Origin: an uncultured Spirochaetales bacterium
GTDB taxonomy: Bacteria; UBP6; UBA1177; JAKLFG01
DNA: 51,353 nt
Assembly: GCA_964412895.1 (NCBI GenBank)
Contig: CAYPQK010000007.1
Span: 1 to 51,353 of the forward strand
Direction: 5' to 3'
The translations under genes and the position numbers were made by a program. Below, one piece after another: positions 1 through 8,100 of this stretch (position 1 is its first letter; each line of letters starts with the position of its first letter). The notes beneath the pieces were generated by a model. It saw only the letters and a list, made by a program, of their open reading frames with translations, searched no databases and had not been told where the DNA came from.

Positions 1-1
1 C

Positions 2-445
2 ATCGAAGACAAGGCGCTCGGCACCGACAAGGTCAAGTGTTATGTGGTGAACATGGTCCACTCCGGGTCCAAGGTCTTTGTGCCGGTCGATTCGGCCTCG
101 CGCATGGGACTGCGGAATGTCGTGGAGAAGACCTCGACCACCGATGTCTACACCTGCCTGCGTGAACGGAACCCGCTCCTGCTCAAGATGAACTGGAACA
201 AACGCTTCCGTTACTTCCAGGACAAGATGAAGACCGGCAAGGCGACCGATGTCGCGCTGGTCATCTCCGACCTGCTGTTCCTCAAACGCAAGAAAGGGCT
301 CTCCTACGGCGAAGAGAAACTGTTGCAGGATGCCGAAGAGATACTGGCCACCGAGCTTTCCATCGCCGAGAAATCGGACAAGGAAGACATCCGCAAGAAG
401 ATCTACCGTCTCGTCGAGTCGTCGGTCAAACCGGCCGTCCGCTAA
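2..445 (+). CDS. CarD/CdnL-family transcriptional regulator, 5'-truncated at window edge
   Basis: Frame 2 is open from nt 2 (IEDKALGTDKVKCYVVNMVH...) to TAA at 443-445. The ORF-track start at 44 is an internal GTG. KVFVPVDSASRMGLRNV followed by a K/E-rich helical tail resembles a CarD N-domain plus CarD C-terminal domain. Confidence 0.65.
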   Translation: MEDKALGTDKVKCYVVNMVHSGSKVFVPVDSASRMGLRNVVEKTSTTDVYTCLRERNPLLLKMNWNKRFRYFQDKMKTGKATDVALVISDLLFLKRKKGLSYGEEKLLQDAEEILATELSIAEKSDKEDIRKKIYRLVESSVKPAVR

Positions 446-527
446 AATCGCTCACCACTATTCCCCCATTCCGGCCCTATCCCGCTCATAACGCTTTATT
501 AGATATCTTCACTTTCCGGCGTTTTCC

Positions 528-555
528 TTGACTCCACCCCTACCGATAGTATAGT
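528..555 (+). promoter_or_regulatory. sigma70-like promoter for tdh-kbl (TTGACT-N16-TATAGT)
   Basis: TTGACT at 528-533, a 16-nt spacer, then TATAGT at 550-555. It lies in an AT-rich gap about 60 nt upstream of the tdh ATG. Confidence 0.45.
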
Positions 556-616
556 GGGTCGGTTTTTTTACACGACCGAAAGGTGCTTATAAACCCGCTC
601 TTCAGTGGAGAGTAGC

Positions 617-1567
617 ATGAAGAAAATTCTCATCATCGGCGCTGTGGGACAGATCGGTTCCGAACTGACCCTCAAGATGCGCGAACTGTACGGCAACCAG
701 AATGTCATCGCCTCGACCCGTAAGACCGAACCGTCGCAGAAGATCAAAGAAAGCGGTCCCTTCGAATTCTTCGATGTCATGGACCGGAAGAAACTCGAGG
801 CGGTGTGCGACAAATACAAGGTCGATCACATCGTCAACATGGCCGCCATCCTCTCCGCCGTGGGCGAGAAGGACCCGATGTTCGCGTGGGATGTGAACAT
901 GAACGGCCTCATCAACATCCTCGAAGTGGCCCGCGAGAAGAAGATAAAGCAGATACTGATGCCCAGCTCCATCGCGGTCTTCGGACCCGGCACGCCCCGC
1001 GTCAACACCCCACAGGACACGGTCCTTAAGCCGACCACCATGTACGGCGTGACCAAGGTCGCCGGCGAACTGCTGTGCGACTACTATGTCCGCAAGTACG
1101 GCGTCGACATCCGCGGCCTTCGTTATCCCGGCATCATCAGCCACGAGACGCTGCCCGGCGGCGGCACCACCGACTACGCGGTCGCCATCTACTACGAGGC
1201 TATCCAGCACGGCAAATACACCTGCTTCGTCCGCGAATCGACCAAGCTCCCGATGATGTACATGCCCGACTGCCTCAAGGCGACCATCGACCTTTTCGAA
1301 GCCGATTTCAGCAAACTGAAACATCACTCCGACTTCAATGTCGCCGGGATGAGCTTCACCGTCGGCGAGATGGCCACCGAGATCCGCAAGCACATGCCCG
1401 ATTTCAAGATAGACTACAAGCCCGACTTCCGTCAGGCGATCGCCGATTCGTGGCCGGAATCGATCGACGATGCGGCCGCCCGCGCCGAATGGGGCTGGAA
1501 ACCGGCCTACACGCTGGCCTCGATGACGGTCGACATGCTGACCGAACTCAAGAAGAAACTTAAATAA
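617..1567 (+). CDS. tdh: L-threonine 3-dehydrogenase (extended-SDR / NAD-dependent epimerase-dehydratase type)
   Basis: Rossmann motif IIGAVGQIGSEL and catalytic YGVTK (YxxxK). Directly followed by kbl. GGAGAG RBS sits 4 nt before ATG 617, so GTG 605 from the ORF track is less likely. Confidence 0.8.
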   Translation: MKKILIIGAVGQIGSELTLKMRELYGNQNVIASTRKTEPSQKIKESGPFEFFDVMDRKKLEAVCDKYKVDHIVNMAAILSAVGEKDPMFAWDVNMNGLINILEVAREKKIKQILMPSSIAVFGPGTPRVNTPQDTVLKPTTMYGVTKVAGELLCDYYVRKYGVDIRGLRYPGIISHETLPGGGTTDYAVAIYYEAIQHGKYTCFVRESTKLPMMYMPDCLKATIDLFEADFSKLKHHSDFNVAGMSFTVGEMATEIRKHMPDFKIDYKPDFRQAIADSWPESIDDAAARAEWGWKPAYTLASMTVDMLTELKKKLK

Positions 1568-1579
1568 AAGGAGCACGCC

Positions 1580-2803
1580 ATGTCACTGACGAAACTGAAT
1601 AAGACCCTTACCGCCCATGTGAACGGCCTCAAGGAAAAGGGTACCGCGAAGGGCGCCGAGATGGTCATCACGAAGGTCCTTCCCGCGAAAGGGGCGAACG
1701 GCCCCCGCTATATCGTCGAAGGGTACAAGCAGGAATTCATCAAGATGAACTCGAACTCCTACCTCGGTCTGTCGATGCACCCGGCGGTCATCCACGCCGA
1801 AGAGGAAGGGACCAAGACCTACGGCGTCGGCCCCGGCGCGGTCCGCTTCATCTCCGGAACGCACAAACCCCATATCGAGCTTGAGAACCGGCTGGCGAAG
1901 TTCCACGGCAAAGAGGCGGGCATGATCTTCTCGAGCGCCTATGTCACCTCGCTGGGCGTCATCACCCCGCTGGTCACCGAGACCACCGTCATCGTTTCCG
2001 ACGAACTCAACCACAACTGCATCATCAACGCGATGAAGCTCGCCCGTCCCGCCGCGAAGCTCATTTTCAAACACAACGACATGGCCGATCTCGAAGCGAA
2101 AATGAACGATGCGGTCGGCAAAGGGACCCGCTGCGTGGTCGTCACCGACGGCGTCTTCTCGATGCGCGGCGACTATTGCCCCTTCGACCAGTTCGTCAAG
2201 ATCTGCGAGAAATTCAATGATAAGTTCGAGGACGGCGTGACCACCATCGCCGACGACTCGCACGGCGTGGGCGCTTACGGCGCGACCGGCCGCGGCACCG
2301 AAGAGGTGACCGGCACGAAGGTCGACATCATCATCGGCACGCTCGGCAAGGCCTTCGGCGTCAACGGCGGGTATGTGGTCGCCAGCAAGGCGGTCACCGA
2401 TTTCCTCCGCCAGACCGCCCCGATGTACATCTACTCCAACCCGATAACGCTCGGCGAGACGGTCGCGGTCCTCAAGGTCCTCGACATCCTCGAGAGCGAA
2501 GAGGGCCTCAAGCGGATCAAGCACCTCGCCGAGATGACCGCGCGCTTCGAGAAAGGACTCGTGGATAACGGCTACGAGACCATCCCCGGCCCGCATCCGG
2601 TCACCCCGCTCATGGTGCGCGACACACAGAAGACGGCCGATCTGGTGAAATGGCTCACCGATCACGGCGTTCTGGGGACCGGCCTCAACTATCCCGTCGT
2701 CCCGAAAGGCTCCGAAGAGATCCGCTTCCAGATCAACGCCGACCACACCGCCGCCGATGTCGACTATGTCATCGATGTGCTGAAGAAGTACAAGAACAAG
2801 TAG
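1580..2803 (+). CDS. kbl: glycine C-acetyltransferase (2-amino-3-ketobutyrate CoA ligase), PLP-dependent
   Basis: Alpha-oxoamine synthase family (VRFISGT, SDELNHNCII, DDSHGVG, GTLGKA lysine motif). Pairing with tdh argues for Kbl rather than BioF. AAGGAG RBS present. Confidence 0.85.
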   Translation: MSLTKLNKTLTAHVNGLKEKGTAKGAEMVITKVLPAKGANGPRYIVEGYKQEFIKMNSNSYLGLSMHPAVIHAEEEGTKTYGVGPGAVRFISGTHKPHIELENRLAKFHGKEAGMIFSSAYVTSLGVITPLVTETTVIVSDELNHNCIINAMKLARPAAKLIFKHNDMADLEAKMNDAVGKGTRCVVVTDGVFSMRGDYCPFDQFVKICEKFNDKFEDGVTTIADDSHGVGAYGATGRGTEEVTGTKVDIIIGTLGKAFGVNGGYVVASKAVTDFLRQTAPMYIYSNPITLGETVAVLKVLDILESEEGLKRIKHLAEMTARFEKGLVDNGYETIPGPHPVTPLMVRDTQKTADLVKWLTDHGVLGTGLNYPVVPKGSEEIRFQINADHTAADVDYVIDVLKKYKNK

Positions 2804-2944
2804 TCGTTTCCCTAATATTCTCTTAATTATTTCAAACGGTTACCTGCCATTCTGATATTTTTTTCATGGACTTGCCATAAATTTGTGGTAGTATCACCAC
2901 TAAAGGGTGCGAACTTGTCCTTTATTATGTAGGGGGAGATAGTC

Positions 2945-4783
2945 ATGAAAATGATGTGTTACATCCTGTGTACGGCGCTTCTGCTCATCGTCGCCTGCGA
3001 CGGGAGCACCATCCAGAAACCGGGACCCGACACCAACACGAACGATACCGATCAGGCCGGGGGCGATGACCTGCTCAACGACGACGGTCAGCTCATCAAT
3101 GACGATGGCCAGCTCATCAACGATGACGGCCAACTGGTCAACGATGATGGTCAGGTCGTGAACGACGACGGTCAGATCGTCACCGACGACGACGGGACCA
3201 TCACCGACGAAACGAAACCCGACAGCGATATTCCGGTGGGCGACTGTTCGCTCAACAAGGATTGCGATCCGACCGAACTCTGCCAGAAGGCGACGGGGCT
3301 CTGCAACGAAGGGTTCGGCTCCTGCGAGACGCGCCCGGTCGAATGCCCCGCGGTCTCCTCGCCGGTCTGCGGCTGCGACGAAGTGACCTACGACAACGAA
3401 TGCATGGCCCACTCCTACGGCGTCAATGTTCTCTACGCGGGAGAATGCGGTTCGGTCATCACCTGCGGCTTCAACGGCGATTGTAAGGAGCTTCAGTTCT
3501 GCCAGCGGGCGACCGGGACCTGTGAAGTGAGCGCCGCCACCGGCGTCTGCACCGAAATGCCGCTCGGTTGTAATGACATCTACGCGCCGGTCTGCGGCTG
3601 CGACGGCAACACCTACGGTAACGAGTGTGCCGCTTTCTCGGCCGGCATGAATATCGACTACGAGGGGGAATGCGGTCTGGTGGAGACTTGCGGCAGCAAC
3701 AACGACTGCAGCGAGTTCGAGTTCTGCGCCAAGCCCGACGGCACCTGCGATGCCTACCTCGCCGGCACCTGCACGGAACTCCCGCTCGATTGCGGGATGA
3801 TATCGGCCGAGATAATCGTCTGCGGCTGTGACGGGAACACCTATAAACACCCCTGTTTCGCCAATGCCGCCGGGGTGAATGTCGCCTATGAGGGCGAATG
3901 CGGCACGGTGGTCACCTGCAAGACCGATCAGGAATGCGGCGACTTCGTGGCGATGCTCTGTCAGAAGGCGACCGGCGTCTGCGAGAACGGCACCGGCACT
4001 TGCGTGACGCCCGAGACCGGCTGTCCCGAGGTCTATGCGCCGGTCTGCGGCTGCGACGGCAACACTTACGGCAACGAATGTCTGGCCCATGCCAACTTCA
4101 TGAATGTCTCCTACGAGGGCGAATGCGGCGGCGGCGAAGGCTGCTATTACAATGAGGAGTGCCCAAGCGAGCCGAACGGCGGCAAGGGCTTCTGTCAGTT
4201 CGATACCGGTACCTGCTACGGTCCCGGTATCTGTTCGATCATGCCTCTGGCCTGCGACGGCATGTACGCCCCGGTCTGCGGCTGTGACGGCAATACCTAT
4301 TCCAACGAATGCCTCGCCAATTCAAACGGAGTATCGGTAAGCTACGACGGCGAATGCGGCGGAGAGGAGAAATACTCGACGATCTATTTTTACTACGAGC
4401 AGTCTTCCATGGAACAGCCAAACGCCACGGCGATCATCATCAACGGGCAGGAGACCGTCACCTTCGAAGGGGCCGATCTCATCACCCGGACACCCTTCAC
4501 CGGCGGCGTGACGCTCACCACCTCGTTCTACGGACCCGACGGCGGCGGCGTTGTCAACCTGCAGTTGACCGTGTACAGCAACGGCTTCTCGCTCCCCTAC
4601 ACCGTGACGCTCGACGGCAGCGAAAACTATGCGCAGTGGACCAACTTCTACGGCGGCGGCCCGACCCAACTGCTCGGCAACCTGTACGGCGAAGTGACCA
4701 TATCGCAGTACCAACGCGACAACAACGGCACCGTCACCCTTATCGAATTGAGCGGTGAGATGCTGACCTATACCGCGAATTGA
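2945..4783 (+). CDS. lipoprotein with acidic heptad-repeat stalk, five follistatin-like (Cys-rich + Kazal-type) modules and a C-terminal domain of unknown function
   Basis: Signal peptide plus lipobox (LLLIVAC|DG). Five copies of PVCGCDGNTYxNEC...Y(E/A/D)GECG, each preceded by a 4-Cys module. GGGGGAG RBS present. Confidence 0.8.
   Translation: MKMMCYILCTALLLIVACDGSTIQKPGPDTNTNDTDQAGGDDLLNDDGQLINDDGQLINDDGQLVNDDGQVVNDDGQIVTDDDGTITDETKPDSDIPVGDCSLNKDCDPTELCQKATGLCNEGFGSCETRPVECPAVSSPVCGCDEVTYDNECMAHSYGVNVLYAGECGSVITCGFNGDCKELQFCQRATGTCEVSAATGVCTEMPLGCNDIYAPVCGCDGNTYGNECAAFSAGMNIDYEGECGLVETCGSNNDCSEFEFCAKPDGTCDAYLAGTCTELPLDCGMISAEIIVCGCDGNTYKHPCFANAAGVNVAYEGECGTVVTCKTDQECGDFVAMLCQKATGVCENGTGTCVTPETGCPEVYAPVCGCDGNTYGNECLAHANFMNVSYEGECGGGEGCYYNEECPSEPNGGKGFCQFDTGTCYGPGICSIMPLACDGMYAPVCGCDGNTYSNECLANSNGVSVSYDGECGGEEKYSTIYFYYEQSSMEQPNATAIIINGQETVTFEGADLITRTPFTGGVTLTTSFYGPDGGGVVNLQLTVYSNGFSLPYTVTLDGSENYAQWTNFYGGGPTQLLGNLYGEVTISQYQRDNNGTVTLIELSGEMLTYTAN
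3077..3208 (+). repeat. in-frame 21-bp tandem repeat array (DDGQ[LIV][IV]N heptads)
   Basis: Encodes N-DDGQLIN-DDGQLIN-DDGQLVN-DDGQVVN-DDGQIVT-DDDGTIT-D. That is five clean units plus one degenerate unit. The DNA copies differ mostly at synonymous positions. Confidence 0.9.
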
Positions 4784-4811
4784 TCGACCACAAAGAAGAG
4801 GAGATATCTTC

Positions 4812-6200
4812 ATGAACAGAACGATCTTTCTGCTTTTTACAGCGTTGTTGTTCATCGCCGCCTGCGATGACAATACCGTCAACCGCTTCACGCTCGACAA
4901 GGATATCGTCGCCGTGAACGACACCGACGACCTGACGGGCGACGACCTGCTCAACGACGATGGGCAGCTCATCAACGACGACGGCCAGATCATCAACGAT
5001 GACGGCCAGATCATCAACGACGATGGCCAGATCGTGAATGACGACGGTCAGATCATCAATGACGATAATGAGGTCGTCAACGACGATGGCGAAGTGGTCC
5101 CCGACGACAACGAATGGACCGACGATGGTACCATTATCACCGACGACGGCACCGTCTGGCCCGACGATAACGAGTGGACCGACGATGGCACCGTCTGGCC
5201 CGACGACGGCCCGATACCGACCGACGATGGCACCGTCTGGCCCGACGACGGCCCGATGCCGACCGACGATGGCGTGATCTGGCCCGATCAGGACTGGACC
5301 GACGATGTGAAACCGGACGATGATTCGACCACCGTCTCCTGCGGCGACAACAATGGCTGCGCCCAGACCGAATACTGCGCCAAACCAGCCGGCAACTGCA
5401 ATACCTTCCTCGCCGGCACCTGCGAGGACCGTCCCCAGATGTGCCCGCCGCTCTATTCGCCGGTCTGCGGCTGTGACGGCACCACCTACGGCAGTGAATG
5501 CGACGCCTCGGCTGCCGGGGTCAATGTCGACTACGCGGGCGAATGCGGCACCACGCCGGGCTGTTACGGCAACGAGGAATGTACCGACAGCAGCGGCACC
5601 AAGCAGTTCTGCCTCTACGGCGTCGGCGCCTGCTACGGTCCCGGCACCTGCACCGACATCCCGATGACCTGCCCCGATCTGTACGCCCCGGTCTGCGGCT
5701 GCGATATGATGACCTACGAGAACGAGTGCTACGCCTATCAGGCGGGTGCCTCGATCATGTACGAAGGAGAATGTCAGGAAGAGAAGTATTCGACGCTCTA
5801 CTATTACTATGATCAGGACACCATGAACGCCCCCGAGGCCACCGTGGTCATCCGGACCGATGACGGCGAGGTCCAGTTCATCGGCGCCGAGCTCATGACC
5901 CGGACCACGCCCGACTATGGCTTCACGATCTACCTGAACACCGTTTTCTATGGACTCACCGACGATGGCAGCCAACTCGAATTCCAACTGAAACTCTCAT
6001 CCATCGGCTGGTCGATACCGAAGACCGTGACGCTCGACGGCGGCGACAACTACGCCCGCTGGACGCGGCTCGGCAACGAACTGGTCGGCAACCTCTACGG
6101 CGATGTGACGATACAGCAGTACACCCGTCAGGACACCGTCATCACCCTCATCGAGATAAACGGCGACTATCTCTCCTACACGCCGAACATTGTCCCATAG
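4812..6200 (+). CDS. paralogous lipoprotein: long acidic repeat stalk, two Kazal-type modules, same C-terminal domain
   Basis: Lipobox LLFIAAC|DD. Shares the junction GDDLLNDDGQLINDDGQ with the upstream gene. Kazal signatures are CPPLYSPVCGCDGTTYGSECDASAAGVNVDYAGECG and CPDLYAPVCGCDMMTYENECYAYQAGASIMYEGEC. The C-terminus starts EEKYSTLYYYY, compared with EEKYSTIYFYY in the paralogue. Confidence 0.8.
   Translation: MNRTIFLLFTALLFIAACDDNTVNRFTLDKDIVAVNDTDDLTGDDLLNDDGQLINDDGQIINDDGQIINDDGQIVNDDGQIINDDNEVVNDDGEVVPDDNEWTDDGTIITDDGTVWPDDNEWTDDGTVWPDDGPIPTDDGTVWPDDGPMPTDDGVIWPDQDWTDDVKPDDDSTTVSCGDNNGCAQTEYCAKPAGNCNTFLAGTCEDRPQMCPPLYSPVCGCDGTTYGSECDASAAGVNVDYAGECGTTPGCYGNEECTDSSGTKQFCLYGVGACYGPGTCTDIPMTCPDLYAPVCGCDMMTYENECYAYQAGASIMYEGECQEEKYSTLYYYYDQDTMNAPEATVVIRTDDGEVQFIGAELMTRTTPDYGFTIYLNTVFYGLTDDGSQLEFQLKLSSIGWSIPKTVTLDGGDNYARWTRLGNELVGNLYGDVTIQQYTRQDTVITLIEINGDYLSYTPNIVP
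4953..5306 (+). repeat. in-frame tandem repeat array (about 17 acidic 6-7-aa units with a 42-bp higher-order duplication)
   Basis: DDGQ(L/I)(I/V)N units grade into DDGTVWP / DDGP(I/M)PT / DDNEWT units. The 42-nt blocks 5178-5219 and 5220-5261 differ at a single base. Confidence 0.9.
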
Positions 6201-6299
6201 GTTTTTTCAAAAACATTTTCTCGATACTACATCTTCCCGATTTTCTTCTGGCATATCAAAAAGAATTTGCTATGATACCGTGAAGCATCCGGGGGAAGA

Positions 6300-8069
6300 A
6301 TGCTCTTGAAACATCAGCCGCTGGCGATCGCCATAGCAACGCTTTTTCTGCTTCTCGCCTGCAACGGTTCGTCATCTCAGACCGATGATGAAAACATCGA
6401 CCACGATTATCCCAAGGTCGAGTGGGATATCCATGTAGACAATGACACCTTTGACCCCGACAAACCAGACCCGCGCTGTGAAGGTTGGCGCCGTTGGGGT
6501 GATCTGCTCTGGTGGGAACAACCTTTCTGTTGTTACACGCACGATGAGGCCGAGGATGTCTGTTCCAAAGAAAAAATTGGGGGAAGGCTTCCTTTCATTT
6601 ACGAGCTTCGGATGTTGATCAAAGATTGTAACATCACGGCACCCGGCGGGGACTGTGTGATCGGCGATTCACTTCTTTCTACCGAGTCTTGGCGAGGACG
6701 ATGGGATATATCGTGCAAGGGTTGTGACGGAAAGACAGAAGGCGGTTACTCGCGATTCGGTGATACCACCTGGTACTGGAGCGATACGGTCACCATGGAG
6801 CACTCGGGAGCCTACTGGGGCATTGATTTCGGATATGCGAGCATCGGGCGATATCAAGAGGTGACGCCCACCGGAAGTGTTCGTTGTGTACATTCCTTCA
6901 ACCTGAAGGATATCAACGGAGACCCTACATGGGAGTCGACCTGTCCGTACGATACTAGAGATGATGTGATTTCCCCGGATGAAATGCCCGATTATGATTA
7001 TCTGCCGTGCGCGAAAAGGGAAGAGGAAGTATGGCATGCCAATGCAAATGGGGGAGAGCCGCTAAATTATGATCTTTATTCAGGGTACACATATATCACG
7101 GCCAATCTGGACATAATTGCTGACTCTCCTAATGTGCAAGAACAAATCTGGTTTAAGGATCTAAGCGCGTTTTCTGGCCTAAAATGTATAGGCATGGACA
7201 TGAGAATAACCTTCACTGATGAGTTGGAAAGTTTGCATGGACTGGAGAGCTTGCTCCGCATAGGAGGAAATCTAGAGTTTCGTGAAAATAGCTCGTTGGT
7301 AGATATCACAGCGCTTTCGAACCTTACTGAAATTCCGGGAGATATATTGATTTATTCCGATATCCCCTCTTTGGAGGGACTTCACAATATCACGAAAACA
7401 AAAAACATACATTTTTTGTTGAGTGATGTCGAGAGTCTGGCGGGGCTGAGCGGGTTAGAAGAAATAAAAGGACTTGGACTGGATACAGTTAGATATCTCA
7501 ACAGCCTAGAAGGACTTGAAAATGTCAAAAAAATAAGGTGCATGGTTTCGATACTAGACGCAGGGATAACTTCTCTGAAAGGATTATCGGGATTAGACTC
7601 GTTGGCTCAAGAATGTGAGGATTATGACTTAAAAGCGGAAAACCTTCCCGCATTGTCTATCCGAACATGTCCCAGCTTGATTTCCTTGGAAGGGATGACT
7701 TCATTAACTCAAATTCCGGCAGACTTGGAAATCACCAACAATGAAAGTTTGGAAACATTGGTTGGATTGGGAAAGATCTCTTTCCTCGACGGTGATCTGA
7801 TCATTGACCAGAACAAGAGTCTTAATTCCTTGGCAGGAATTGAGAATCTGAAGACGGTCACCGAATCGATCAAAGTTATCGCAAACTTGAATTTGGCCGA
7901 TATCACAGCTCTCTATAATCTCGATACCGTTACCGGCGACCTGATCTTTTCAAACAACCCCAAGCTTCCAACCTGCCAATGCGAGCATCTTCGTTCTTTG
8001 TTGGAAGCGAAAGGTTGGGTTGGCACTTACGATTTCTCGGGAACCGACACGACGGGTACCTGCGAATAG
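6300..8069 (+). CDS. lipoprotein with DUF1566-like N-terminal domain and C-terminal leucine-rich (receptor-L-domain-like) repeats
   Basis: Lipobox LLLAC|NG. The DUF1566-like pattern is HDEAEDVC...GGRLPFIYELRML...YWSDT...VRCV. It is followed by more than 12 repeats of the type LxSLxGLxxLxxIxGxLxIxxNxxL. The gene is markedly AT-rich relative to its neighbours. Confidence 0.65.
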   Translation: MLLKHQPLAIAIATLFLLLACNGSSSQTDDENIDHDYPKVEWDIHVDNDTFDPDKPDPRCEGWRRWGDLLWWEQPFCCYTHDEAEDVCSKEKIGGRLPFIYELRMLIKDCNITAPGGDCVIGDSLLSTESWRGRWDISCKGCDGKTEGGYSRFGDTTWYWSDTVTMEHSGAYWGIDFGYASIGRYQEVTPTGSVRCVHSFNLKDINGDPTWESTCPYDTRDDVISPDEMPDYDYLPCAKREEEVWHANANGGEPLNYDLYSGYTYITANLDIIADSPNVQEQIWFKDLSAFSGLKCIGMDMRITFTDELESLHGLESLLRIGGNLEFRENSSLVDITALSNLTEIPGDILIYSDIPSLEGLHNITKTKNIHFLLSDVESLAGLSGLEEIKGLGLDTVRYLNSLEGLENVKKIRCMVSILDAGITSLKGLSGLDSLAQECEDYDLKAENLPALSIRTCPSLISLEGMTSLTQIPADLEITNNESLETLVGLGKISFLDGDLIIDQNKSLNSLAGIENLKTVTESIKVIANLNLADITALYNLDTVTGDLIFSNNPKLPTCQCEHLRSLLEAKGWVGTYDFSGTDTTGTCE

Positions 8070-8100
8070 AAGATTTCTGAAAGATGCTCCCCGGATACTG

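Noticed and set aside
556-616. Possible riboswitch (glycine- or threonine-responsive) in the tdh-kbl leader.
   Set aside because: The leader is only about 55 nt, with one small hairpin (GGTCG-N11-CGACC). That is far too short for a glycine riboswitch, and I recognise no conserved riboswitch core.
602-2746. Antisense ORFs 602-1576 and 1583-2746 (324 and 387 aa) opposite tdh and kbl.
   Set aside because: The products are low-complexity and rich in Arg, Gly, Ala, Val, Asp and His, as is typical of high-GC antisense frames. The sense strands encode unmistakable Tdh and Kbl motifs.
3077-5306. Possible CRISPR-like arrays, given the regular 21-bp repeats.
   Set aside because: The repeats are contiguous with no spacers. 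They are in frame inside well-supported CDSs, too short for CRISPR repeats, and there are no cas genes in the window.
2900-5987. Long antisense ORFs across the Kazal genes (2900-4090 and 4740-5987, minus strand), containing striking DDLAVIVDDL-type repeats.
   Set aside because: They are the reverse-complement reading of the DDGQxxN repeat arrays and of GC-rich codons. They have no RBS or signal features. The sense strand carries clear lipobox, Kazal and RBS evidence.
7398-7420. 8-bp A/T palindrome ACAAAAAA-CATACA-TTTTTTGT inside the LRR gene.
   Set aside because: It lies within the coding sequence (..TKTKNIHFLL..) of an AT-rich gene. It is weak because it is all A-T pairs, and it has no positional logic as a terminator or binding site.
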